Shown here one piece after another: positions 32,662 through 45,416 of a stretch of DNA of 64,000 bases. How positions within the stretch are numbered: position 1 is the stretch's first letter; each line of letters begins with the position of its first letter. Both the position numbers and the translations under genes were made by a program. The notes beneath the pieces were generated by a model that was not told where the DNA came from, made no database searches, and saw nothing but the letters and a program-made list of their open reading frames with translations. Source of the stretch: Chrysomallon squamiferum. Taxonomy: Eukaryota > Animalia > Mollusca. The stretch is taken from positions 24,180,001-24,244,000 of the forward strand of contig CM022679.1 of the NCBI GenBank assembly GCA_012295275.1. Reading direction: 5' to 3'.

Positions 32662-32908
32662 TCATAGCATAGTCTTCGCCATGATAACGCGCAACGCACG
32701 AGCGACCACCCACCACAGGACGGATGCAAAAGCGCAGAAAATCACCCCTATCCACGACAGTGGAATCGCCCAGTCGATACGCACTTCACGCGCCGGGCAC
32801 ACTGCAGCTGGAACATTCTCCATTGTGTAACATTTGTACTCTTCGTAGTAGTTCTTCGTGTGGAACATGGACAGGCCAAAAACTCCAAACAGAGCTGAAA
32901 AATAACAG

Positions 32909-32980
<72 letters not shown>

Positions 32981-33547
32981 TAATATAAGCCATGTTCGTT
33001 TGAGTCATCATCATCATCATAACCATATTACTCAACAGCCATATTGTCCTGTTGTCAGGTCGTTAAAACCCAGACAAAAAATAAATAAATAAAATAAAAA
33101 TTAAAAATTATTATTATTTTTATTTTTTTTTTACAAGCAAACCAGCATTTCAAAGTAAAATAAAATTATGTAATATAATATATTATAATATAGAACAAAA
33201 TTATATATTCCCTACATATCTGTTTATGGTTGAGTAATTATAGGTCGCTGTTTCACCATTACTGCTATCGGAAACAAATGATGTTAAAATACGTTCAGAG
33301 GCTTTTTGCTACCACAATGAAAACCATTAGTCTGTCTCTGTGTTAACAATATATTATTCTATATTATTATTCATCATTATCGTTATCTAAACACTATAAA
33401 AAAAAAAATTAATAACAAATAAAAAATAAGCCCGTACAAAAAATACTGAAATGAATTGAAAACGGTTTATAAAATTACTAAATGACATGAAACAAAATGA
33501 TTTTTTTTAAAACAAAACAAACAAGAAAGAATAAAAATTAAAAAATA

Positions 33548-33582
<35 letters not shown>

Positions 33583-36419
33583 ACAAAAGAAAATGAAATA
33601 AATGAACAAATGATTAAATATTATTTCATTAACGTAAATAAATAAATAAATAAATAAATAATCAATTATAATGCTAAAATAAATTGGTATTATGTCATTT
33701 CCCATCTATTGTTATGTCAGTAACAAAAACTGATATATAATTAAGCACGTACAAAAGCCATTGTGTGATGCGCCATGTTAAAACCAGTAAACAAAGACTT
33801 AATCACGACTCTGTGAGCTTAACTTTGACAACCATTACAAATATCAAATATTACATAACATACAACGTGTGTTAATGTCCGTGGTAATTTCCTTTGCATT
33901 TATATTTACCTGCCATGCAGTACAGGACACCGGTAACCATACAGCTAGCCACCTGTTTCCGGAAAATGCCGATCATACCGACGACTGCTGCGGTAATGAG
34001 ATCAATGAGCACAACGAGGTAACAAGATGCAGCCGAGTTCTGTAGTCCTGTAATATAATATAATATAATATAATATAATATAATATAATATAATATAATA
34101 TAACATAATATAACACAACATATCATAACATAATAAAACATAACATAACATAACATAAAATAACAATATGTTATATTGTATTGTATTGTATTGTATTATG
34201 TTATTTATATTATATTATATTATATTATATTATATTATTATATATAATATAAAACAATTTATAAAGTCAGAAACACACATACAGATATAAACATACATTA
34301 CTGAAGTCATGTGATCAGTTCATCTTTATTTCTGTCTGTCTGTCTGCATATATATCCATATATTTATATATCTATCTATTTATCTGTCTAGCTATCTGTC
34401 TTTCTGTCTTTCTCTATCTGTCTTTCTGTCTGTTTATCTATCTGTCGGTGTACCTATCTATTTTTCTAGCTGTTTGTTATCCATGTGTGTGTGAATATAT
34501 CGGTCATTCTATATGTCATTTTATCTGTATATCGATCTCTCTGTACGTCATTTTATCTGTATATCGATCTCTCTGTACGTCAATTTATCTGTCTTTCTAT
34601 CTCTCTCTGTTAGTCTGTTTTATTGTCAACATTTGTCTATCAGTAGATCGACCCTCACTTATAATGTAACTTGCTGATTATCATTTTGAAAACAATCTAT
34701 GTACTGAAGGCATCATTTTACACTGAGCCAGAGTTCATCAAACGCCATGGTGTGTCATTATTGTATTGGGTATGGGACATATAAAACAATCTTTATTGCT
34801 TATTGCCTGGTGACAGTTGGTTTCCTTTCTAATTATCCAAATAGTCCTTAAACCAACATCTGTGACCCCATGTAAAATGTACGTTAAAAGGCATGATTGT
34901 ATATGTCGACAAATGTGCTCGTGTTCATATCACTGAAATTGATGTAAAATAACTCTGAAAATAACTGAAATTTTCTCAGAGATTAAATAATTGTAATTCA
35001 GGAATGAGCTGTTTACTGGTTTCAGTGGTTAAATAGAATTCTTATTATAGACAAAAATATCAGTAGTTGTTTTTAGTGTACATAGGTACACCATCAATGT
35101 TCCGGAAATCTTCGTTCCTGAGCGTTTCCAGATTCTCATTTTTACGGACTAAAAGAATAAATTCAGCAAAAAAGAATAAATTAAACAACAAAATGTCTTA
35201 AAAGCACGTAGCAGTGCTAGAAATGTATATTAAACAGAAACTAAATATAAATTAAGCGATCAAAGGAAATAAATATTTTAGTATCAGTGGTACCAATTTA
35301 TTAGTACATAAAATCAGTTTATTCATTAAAACAAAATTAAATTAAATGTAAAATAGATGGTTTCAAATGGACGGTTCAAATTTTATACTGTTTAAAAGAG
35401 GTCCCAAGTGTCCCGAAAATCGATCGTGTACCTGAACATTGTATGAAGTTTACAAATCTAAATCCGATGACTAATTATTGATCATGAAATCAAGCGTTGT
35501 CTCTGTTTAATAGACTCAGTAATTGATTTTTTATTATTTGTCTATAAAGTTAATGTGACCACGTACTCGCAATCTGCATGGCTTCTTTCTTAAACTTTTT
35601 GGCGTTGTCGTCGTAGTCTTTCACGAACACGAAACATTTATTGGCCGTATGTCCGTCCTTTTCTTTGTCTGCCAGCTTCCTTTCTTCATCTGGAAAGATA
35701 GAAAAAAAAAGTCTTTAAATCCTATTAGTTTTATTTTTCATTAAACTTTAATTACTGTGATCCCATCCGACGATAATTTTCTTTTCCGACATAAATAGAT
35801 AATTTGATTCCTGAACACCAAATATGAATGAGTATATAAGATAACAAAAAAAAATTAATTGTCATTATTATGATTAATGTTTTTTTTGACTGCACAAATA
35901 TTAAATTGATAATATTTCCTTCTGTCTAATTTATAAATGAAGGTATAATTGTACATTCAAAATAAATAATAATAAAGTAATTTTTTTTAAAGTTTCTGGT
36001 AATTTTTAAATGTTTACTTCTGACCACTAAATGCTGAGATTTGAAAACTTTTTTTTATCCCCACCTTAAACATTTAATTTAATGACCATGTAAATCTGTC
36101 TTAAGTATAATAATTTCTAGCAAAACTGTTTATCGATGTGTCTTGTTACATAATTCAAGCTCAGATTTAAAATGTTTTTCATTTGTGTTTCTTTGAAAGG
36201 AGGAACTACCAAATAATTATCATTACTGCCTGTTTTCGAGAAAATCTAGGAATAAAAGTGATCCGAAAGTCTCGCGGGAGAATGAAATAAAATTCCCGGA
36301 TTAAGTGATTAAGTCTCATTGATTTTAAATAATTAATCAAATTCATTACCACCATCACAGTCAATTTTTGCATGTTCGTTTGCATGTCACCAAAGTTTAT
36401 TTATTATTATTCGTTTATT

Positions 36420-36454
<35 letters not shown>

Positions 36455-38151
36455 TTTGTTTGTTTGTTTGTTTGTTTGTTTGTTTCATTGTTTGTTTGTT
36501 TGTTTGTTCGTTCGTTCGTTTACTTATTGTCATCATCACGATTACTATTACTAGTTCCACCACTGCTACTACTACTACGACAACAACTATTGCTACTAGT
36601 AGTGGTACTATTACAACTGTTGCTGTTTTTGCTGTTGTTATTGTTACTGTTGTTGTTATTGGTGGTGTTGTTGTTTATTTGGTTCTTGTTGGAAAACATT
36701 AATATTACCATCGTTCCATGGATTTCTCTGAAATTCTCTTACTATGTGCTCTTTTGTCATTATTAATTAATCAGTAAGATGTTTCTTTATCTTATCTGAT
36801 TATATATTTAAGGCTATAAATAAAACACGTAGATCTTTTCATTCCTGTATACTGAAGTATCTTCGAGTAATAAAATATTAAAACTGCGTTATTTCGGTGT
36901 TTGTTAAAAAAAGGTTTGTGAATGTGTATGCGTATATGTATGTGTGTGTCTTTTTATATATTAATATTTAAAAATAATAATAAAAACAATAATAAATCTA
37001 TAGACATCGGTTATTTCATGAGATAAATCCTTTTTTCTTCTTTCTTTCTTTATCTATATATATTATATATATATTTACTCTGCGGGAAATATAGATTAAT
37101 TTTCTTAAACCTGCAGGGGATACTGCCGTGAGATCAATATGATGATTGATTGTTTGTTGTTTTGTTCATCCTCACATTAATGAGGAAATTTAACCTCAGA
37201 TGTAAAGTTTAAATTTTACAGGTGAGTAATAAAGGTAAACAGTATATATATATATATTTTTTTATTTAAATAAAGATATTGTGACTATGCATTGCACTTG
37301 TTATTTTAGTGAATTAATATTATTTTCTTGTTCTTGTTCTACGTACATAATTATAAATTATTGACATTTTCTTCTTCTTCTTCTTCTTATCATTATTATT
37401 AATATTATTATTATTATCAGTATAATTATTATTATTATTATTGTTGTTGTTGTTGTTGTTTTTGTTGTTGTTATTATTTATGCCAGCACTGTCCTATTGA
37501 GAAAAGCATATAAGTAAACAAACGCTTATTAAAAGGAAAGGAAAATAAAAATTAAAGAAAGGTGTGATGAGATTTTCAAACATGATGGAATGTCCAACAA
37601 GATAAACACCCATCTTCCCAATATATATATATATAAGCCAATGAAGAAAGACAGGCAGTACTAAAACTGGGTGAAATCCATGTAGATATGTAACAAAAAC
37701 AACAACAACAACAGCAACAATAATAATGTTGGTAAGAAGAAGAAGAAGAAAAACAAAAAAAACAAGATCAAGAACAAAAACAAGGAAAAAAACAACAACA
37801 GTTGAAGAAGAAGATGATGATAACAATAACAATAACAACAACGACGACAACAACATATTTACCTGTAAGATAGTCACACAGTCTCCAGATGCCACTGTAA
37901 GTGGGGTACACGTACGACATAGTGCTAGTGTTTTCTTTAGTGTTTAGCTGTGTCACTTTATAAAACAAATATCCAGACAGCTTTGTAATGATGACATCGT
38001 GTCTGGAGGCGTTGATTTCCGCCATTGTTTGTTCGTTGAAGCTGTACCGCTGCCAGCTGTCCACGGAAACGGAAATGACGATGAGAAGAGAGGCGAACGT
38101 TCCAAAGATGGCGGCATTTACGATGAGGATAATGAGAGGCGTAGGCCCCAT
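32662..38151 (-). CDS. Claudin/PMP22/EMP/MP20-superfamily four-TM membrane protein (paralog B, 260 aa)
   Basis: Exons 37863-38151, 35567-35689, 33910-34047, 32662-32894 (phase 1-1-1, 783 nt, open). W...SGIWRLC...KC signature, four hydrophobic segments, DWAIPLSW before TM4, ends KTML*. An acceptor at 38226-38227 and a donor at 39302-39303 imply a 5'UTR exon upstream. Confidence 0.88.
34740..34890 (+). mobile_element. Highly diverged SINE fragment (same family)
   Basis: GCCATGGTGTG..TGGGACATATAAAA..GACAGTTGGTTTCCTTTCT..GTCCTTAAACCA follows the same motif order as the reverse complement of the 1831-2130 copy. Confidence 0.35.
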
Positions 38152-38560
38152 GTTTTCTGTTAAGAACTAATTTCCAGATTGTCTCGTTTGTTAATTCTCG
38201 TGTTGTGTTAGGATTCTCCTCGTCGCTGTTATTTCAAAAAAAATAAAAGAAAAGTGAATAAATGAATAAATAAATAAATAAATAAAAATATACAGATAAA
38301 TAAGCAGATAGAAACAGAAAAAACACACAAAGAGGAAGAGCTTTAATGATGTAAAAACAAAATATATACACACATACACATACCTAAATACATACAAACA
38401 TACAAACATACATACATACATACATACATACATACATACATACATACAAACATACATACATACATACATACATACATACATACATACATAATACAGTCAT
38501 ACATATATTTATATATACATACATACATACAAACAGTCATAGATACATTTATACATACAT

Positions 38561-38595
<35 letters not shown>

Positions 38596-38610
38596 GTCAG
38601 TCATACATAC

Positions 38611-38653
<43 letters not shown>

Positions 38654-38900
38654 ACATATATACAAACAGTCATACATACATTTATACATACATACATAAA
38701 TACATACCACCAAGTAACAACAAAAATGTAGGTAGCTAGAAAGACAGACAGACAAACTGACATATTATGCATATTGAACGAAATCATATTGCCATCTACC
38801 TAATTAAGCTGAAACATACTAGTAAATGAACTTAAGAAGAAAACTGATGAATAATTTCATTCATATTCATCAACTTTATTTTTATTATTATTATTATTAT

Positions 38901-38947
<47 letters not shown>

Positions 38948-38965
38948 CTAGTAGTATATAAAATG

Positions 38966-39109
38966 GTTATTGTCATTAAATAAAAACGAAACGGCGAAAA
39001 ATGTTTTCGTTTTCTGCCTGTGGTTTTGTAATAATATATACCTTCATTCTCATCATCATCTACGGTATTTTTTATGTTGTTGTTGTTATTATTATTATAT
39101 TTATTATTA

Positions 39110-39156
<47 letters not shown>

Positions 39157-40254
39157 AGAACAAGAAAAATGGCATTAATTCATTAACATAACATTTTGTT
39201 GTTTTTTTCTTTTCTACACATGTCTCTGTATTTATCGATTTCTAGAGCATTGCGTAATAATAACATTTTTCTTCAAAAATGTCGTTTACCTTAATTCACT
39301 CACCTGTACTGTTAGAACTTCACATTTCACGCTACATCCCCTTGTTAAGAAGAAGAAAAAACGAACAAACAAATGAACAGCTGCCACACTGATCTCATAG
39401 CTGGGTTTCCGACAGGTTTAACCAAAACAGTCTTCTGTGTTCATGGCAGAATAATCAAGAAATCCAGGTGTGTTCTCTGTTGTGTTTTCCTTCTTAATCA
39501 CGAGATCTTTTCATCTTCAAGAGAATTCCTACTGGATTCTAACAATACCGGAGATTAATTTTTTTTTTTTTTTTATTAACGAAGAAGTTAATGATATTAT
39601 CATCAACGTTCAGATTATTTCTGCCATTTTGTCCTGACATTTCTTTTCATTTTTTCTTTTTAATTTTTTTTTTATTATTATTTTAATTTTTATTGGTTCT
39701 CTCTCCATTAACAGTAAACATGTTCTGATTATGCAAATGAGAGAAAGGTCGATATCACCATGGCGGTCTCGTTTCACCATGACAGCATGTCGCTTGTGTG
39801 ACCACAAAAAGCAGTTATCGATCCAGGCTACCTTAACCTGGTTAAATGCATCGCGTGATTTTTTTTTTTTTTTTTTTTCATTTCGAAGATTGCAAATATT
39901 GTCCTAATAAGCTTGCGTGCAGACGCCAAATAAATTAATAAATAAAATAGGTAAAAATAACAGGAAGTTAAAACTGGAAGAACTGAATTATTATGCATGT
40001 ATTTTTAAGATATATATATTTTTTTTTTTTATATATTATATATATATATATATATAAAGAAAAAATATATATCTTAAAAACATTATAAGTTCTAACATTA
40101 CAGGTGAGTGAATTAAGGTAAACGACATTTTTGAAGGAAAATGTTGTTATTACGCAATGCTCTGGAAATCGATAAATACGGAGACATGTTTAGAAGAGAA
40201 AAAAACAAAATGTTATGTTAATGAATTAATATCATTTTTCTTGTTATTATAATG

Positions 40255-40300
<46 letters not shown>

Positions 40301-40430
40301 TAATAATAATAACAACAACAACAACATCAATAATACCGTAGTTGATGATGAGAATGAAGGTATAATATTATTACAAAACCACAGGCAGAAAACATTTTTC
40401 GCCATTTCGTTCTTATTTAATGACAATAAC
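38966..40430. repeat. Long inverted repeat: arms 38966-39320 and 40087-40430, spacer ~770 bp
   Basis: The left arm reverse complement AAGTTCTAACAGTACAGGTGAGTGAATTAAGGTAAACGAC... matches the right arm AAGTTCTAACATTACAGGTGAGTGAATTAAGGTAAACGAC...; similarity continues through to ...TTTAATGACAATAAC, with scattered substitutions and small indels. Confidence 0.95.
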
Positions 40431-40471
<41 letters not shown>

Positions 40472-40478
40472 TAATAAC

Positions 40479-40551
<73 letters not shown>

Positions 40552-41379
40552 TGTCCAGCTTTATCAAACTTTTTTCTAACTGTATCCCTATAGAAAATAT
40601 TTTGTTTATCGGTGCCCCTTTTATAATATCATAGCAGGGCAGGTTCGTTAATTTGAGATCAAAATGTGAACGGTTTAAAATATAATGCAAAATTATAATT
40701 TTATAAAAGGTCAGCCAAAGATAATTTTCTTTCTGAACATGTATTATTTTTACCTTTTGCATCCACCATTACTGACTTTTCGTTTATAAACCCTGTTGAC
40801 TACTCGCAACCCCCCCCCCCCCACACTAACACGCGAACCATAGTTTGAAAACCTTTGTGTTAGGAGAATAGAATTTATTACAGTAACATATAATTATGAT
40901 TATTAGAAGCTTACTACAATTAATGTGTTTCATTTATTCATCATTCAGAAAGAGAAAACGCTGAACTCTTAGTATCTATTAAAATAATTCAAAAAATTTG
41001 TTTATTAATCATTTTAGATTTTTAACTATTGGTATTATAACTGAATTAAATTTACATTTTAAATATGAAGTAGAAAATGATGACGACCATGAAGAAGAAG
41101 ATGATGATGATGATGAATAATTAATTTTTCTACTGATTTCAGTGCGTATATTGTGATATTTTTCTTTCTGGTTTGTGTTCCAGTTTTCCGGGTATGAGAA
41201 TGGTCTTTGGAGTGGTTGCAATGTGTTGTTTTTTTTTTTTTTTTTTTTTTTTTTATTATAACATTATGATACCTAAATAACTAAATAATAATTGTTTATA
41301 ATAATATGTGTAGTTCTATTGTTAAATAAACAAAAATATTAATAAAAATAAAAGTTTATATCCTTTCCTTCATTGCGAA

Positions 41380-41545
41380 ATACGTGTTGTGAGCTACTGG
41401 TCTCGGGCCGGTTTAGGTTTTGTGGGACGGTTTTATAGCTACTATCATTTTCGCGCTCAATAAAGACCACGTGTTCGCTATGAGTCCTCTCTTTGCATTA
41501 CACGCGTCATCGAGGAGATTTAGGAACGCTTTTCCATTTTTAACA
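41380..41545 (+). promoter_or_regulatory. Putative cyclophilin core promoter
   Basis: Local CpG-rich stretch in an AT-rich background, with E2F-like TTTTCGCGC (41448-41456), E-box CACGTG (41468-41473) and pyrimidine tract CTTTTCCATTTT (~41529-41540). A YY1-like AATATGGCGG lies at ~41952 in intron 1. Motif matches only. Confidence 0.45.
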
Positions 41546-44500
41546 GTGTTTGCCGGTTCATTCAGCACCATGCCGAATCCACAAGTTTTTTTCGATATGA
41601 AAATTGGAAACCAGAATGTGGGCAGAATTGTTATGGAGGTATGTACTATGACCTCTAGATGACGAAATCATTTGTCAATGAGGAATTATATTTTCCTTGC
41701 AAGTCGGCGTCATGAACCGTACAGACATTTAACCTACATTTCAATGGCTGTCGCTTTCAAGCTTCCGTGTTTGTTTTGTTTTTGAGGCATGATTAGTTTA
41801 TGCATTTATTATATTGTAAATAAAAAATAATATATTATATTTCAGCAAACAGCTACAATAATTGATCATAAAAATAAAATCATTAATAAATATTTTAGGA
41901 TATGATTTAAAATATTCAACTAATTTATGATGAAATTAGGAACTCGATTTAAATATGGCGGACATAGTTGAAATGATATTGGGGCGTATTTAAAAATAAA
42001 TGTAACTTGTATATTTTTTAAAAGTCGCCTTTAAGAGAATTAATGTATTTTATTAGTATTTATTGCTTTACGAAAAATGTTTCTGGTTTTTGTTTTATAA
42101 ATCTGTTGATTTTTTAACGAAATTTTGCACAAGTGTTTCATTTGAGAAATATCTAGAACGTGGAAATTTGAAAGGAATTCCATTCGCAAAATGGAGCAGT
42201 CTCCGTTGTCGCTACTGTTTGTGTATTCGTTATAAAAACGTTTATACTTGGAAAAATAAAATGAGAAAATCAGTTTTCTAAAGTGAAAAACATTTCAATC
42301 ATTAATGTCATTTATACTTTGTTAGTAAGGAGGTCGAACTTAAATTGTATTTATAATAATTATTAAAAGAAACTATTTTCGACATCTGAAAAATAAAAAT
42401 CCTACGATGTCATTGTTTAATAAAATCAGAATGTTAAATGTGTTACATCATCTGACACCATTTCCCTTGAGAGAAAAGGTGGCAGCTTGTCTTATGGTGT
42501 GTACCAATTTACGCAATTTAAAACTGCAAGCAATACTGCAGTTTTGTGTTAAAATAAAAAATAACAATATTGTTTCTCACGTCCCCTTAATGGACAAACA
42601 AATCCAGTGAGGGCTACTGAAAATATAGTAAATGGGAGCAGTAAGCTATATAGCTATGGTAATAGGTTTTATAATGGTCAAGATAAAATGCAACTTCTAT
42701 TTGAAAACACAGATAAAAAGCAATGCATGTGTATGGCTATATTGTCTTACCTGTTGTAGATAACATGAACAGTAGATGTTCTGCAGTAAATAGTGCATTT
42801 TCCTGAATTTCAGTTATAAGCTGAACCATGAACATATATTAAATACAGTTAAAAATTGAAAAAAAGCCACAAAGTCAGACAAATTATTTGGTTACATTTC
42901 TAAAATATTAAAATTTTTATTAGCTTATATAATCATGTATTAACTAATGATAATTATGGGTATCTTCTCACATTTTAAGATGAAATTAATTATTTTTAAT
43001 TATTGCAGGCAAAATTTAGTCTGTTGCTGTAAATTGTTGCAGTTTTGTTCATCTGGATGTAAGCTTCAAATATGCAAGTGGTTTCTTTTGATGTTTAGGA
43101 TGTAGCTAATGATTCTAACATAACTCCCATCGGGAAATTAAAATATGAATTTTTGATCAATTAAAATGCCCTTAAAACTAATATTTAATTACTGTCATTG
43201 TTACCATTGTTAATTTAAAAATTCTTTACTTTCAGCTGAGAGCTGATGTAGTACCCAAGACAGCCGGTGAGTTTTCCTTATATATATACAGTTTTATTTT
43301 ACAGTATATTAACAAAACTGAGTCATGACATTCATTAAATTTCAACCGTGTATGACAAAGCACTATTGAAAAAATATACTGTGCAGAATTTTGGTAATTA
43401 TAATGTTCTTTCTTGCTATTATAGCAAGAATGGTTGGATTCCTGCTTGATACATTTAGCAGGATTAATAAAGGATTAGTCATGTAATTCAAGCAATACCA
43501 TATAGATTACAAACAACTTTTCCTGTCAACTAAAATAAAAATCCTAATGACCAACAGTGTTGTGACAATTGATTAGTATTGCTGATGCTGCAGTTGATAA
43601 TAACCATGATTTTTGTAACAGGCCATATGGCAGTAAGTGAATGTTGATTATATTATGTCAGTGTGCAGTTTAATACAAGTGTTGAGAAAAGGTATTTCCA
43701 GGACTTAACAAGTAACTTGTTTTAAAAATAAGAATTTAAATTGCTGTATCATTTTAACAACACCCTAGCTTTTAAAATATTTATAATGCCAAAAAATGGG
43801 TAAGTAAACCAATACATTATAACTACTATTTATTAAGTTTTTGCTCTCTGTATAAATCTTCATCAATTTAAAATCTATCTTAGAAAACTTCCGAGCTCTG
43901 TGCACTGGAGAGAAGGGCTTTGGCTATGAGGGGAGCACGTTCCACAGAGTTATTCCTGGTTTCATGTGCCAGGGTGGTGATTTTACACGGGGTGATGGCA
44001 CTGGAGGAAAGAGCATCTATGGAGCCAAGTTTGCTGATGAGAATTTCATCCTGAAGCATGAAGGCCCAGGTGAGATATACTTTCAGATAATTTTCTAAAA
44101 CTGAATTGCATATTAAGTTAAAAATATAACTTACAAATCTTTGTTTACACAGATAAGTGGCTTACATGTGGCAGATAAATAGCCTAAATATTTTTTATGC
44201 TTTTGAGTTATTTCTGTTGACCAGATTTGATAATTGTAAGTTGAATGGCAGCTAAACATTTTGTTTTTGTTTTTCATTTTTGTATTTTCATATATACAAC
44301 TAATGCTGGTCTGCAAGGGAATTTTGTAGCATTCTCTTTATAAATTATAAAGTAATTTTTTACAGGATGCCAACATTTCACTGCTAACAGATTGGTTATT
44401 AAGAGGAGTAGTGCATTAAATGCATTTAGGCTATTAGTAACAAGTATATTTACTGGATGTATTTAAATTGATTTCATACTCATATTCATAAGTAAATGTT

Positions 44501-45167
44501 AGATTTACAGTTTGTAACATACTCTTTTAGGAACTCTCTCCATGGCAAATGCTGGACCCAACACCAATGGCTCTCAATTTTTCCTGTGCACTGCTAAGAC
44601 AGACTGGTAAATATTAGGTTTTTGTTTTGATTTTAAATGTATTTAAGACTAGAACTGTCATTGTTTTGTATGTTCGTATTTTAAATGTTGAAGCCATCCC
44701 TGTTGTTCACATCCTATCACTTTGCCCCATCACCATTTTATTGCACAATGTACTTTTGTCAGTTTTATGTGCATGGTTTGTTTATGGAGTAAAGACACTT
44801 GTGATAAGTGTATCAAATGCTGGTAGTGATTTAGTGTAGAAATAAAGAAAACATTTTGCTGCTTGTGTGTAAACCTAATGAAATGCTAGCTGTTTTCTAC
44901 CATAGCTGTACAAGAAACGCGCTCCATTTCAAAACTAAATGTTATAGTTAATTTCAATTTTATTGTATTTGTTAGTTTTGCAAGTACCATGATTTTTTAT
45001 TTATTGCAGAATTTTATTTTCAATTTTTTAGGTTGAACGGTAAGCATGTGGTGTTTGGTGCTGTGAAGGAGGGCATGGATGTTGTCAGTGCCATTGAAAA
45101 GGTTGGAAGCCAGAATGGCAAGACAAAGGAGAAGGTTGTTGTTGTGAAGAGTGGGCAGCTATCTTAA
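41480..45167 (+). CDS. PPIA: Cyclophilin-type peptidyl-prolyl cis-trans isomerase (CypA/CypD-like); 165-aa core from ATG 41570, optional 30-aa N-terminal extension from ATG 41480
   Basis: Exons 41570(41480)-41638, 43236-43266, 43884-44069, 44531-44606, 45032-45167. Translation: [105 protein letters not shown] versus PPIF orthology is unresolved. Confidence 0.97.
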
Positions 45168-45369
45168 ACAAGATTATAGACTTTGTGACTAACACATCAT
45201 TAAGGAAGGTGTTCCAGATATTTCGCTTATTTAATTGTTCTTACATTATTAATTACATCATTGAAATCATTGTAGAGTTTAGAAAATTGCATGTTCTTGA
45301 GTCTGGAAAGCATTATTCTCATGGAGCATTAGCTGTTTTATTTTTTTATTTTATTTTGTTTTTCTCTTC

Positions 45370-45416
45370 AATAAACTGAAATAACGTTCAAAATGAATAC
45401 ATTTGGAGTTAATAAA
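45370..45416 (+). terminator. Candidate polyadenylation signals of cyclophilin
   Basis: AATAAA at ~45370 and ~45411, 200-250 nt after the stop, followed by a U/GU-rich tract. Confidence 0.45.

Noticed and set aside
40800-40860. hAT-MITE-like terminus (CCATAGTTTGAAAACCTTTG)
   Set aside because: No matching opposite terminus or 8-bp target duplication identified.
42795-42837. U17/snR30-like motifs (ATTTTCCTG...AACCATG..ACATAT) in cyclophilin intron 1
   Set aside because: The m1 motif is mismatched and no H box was found upstream; insufficient to call.
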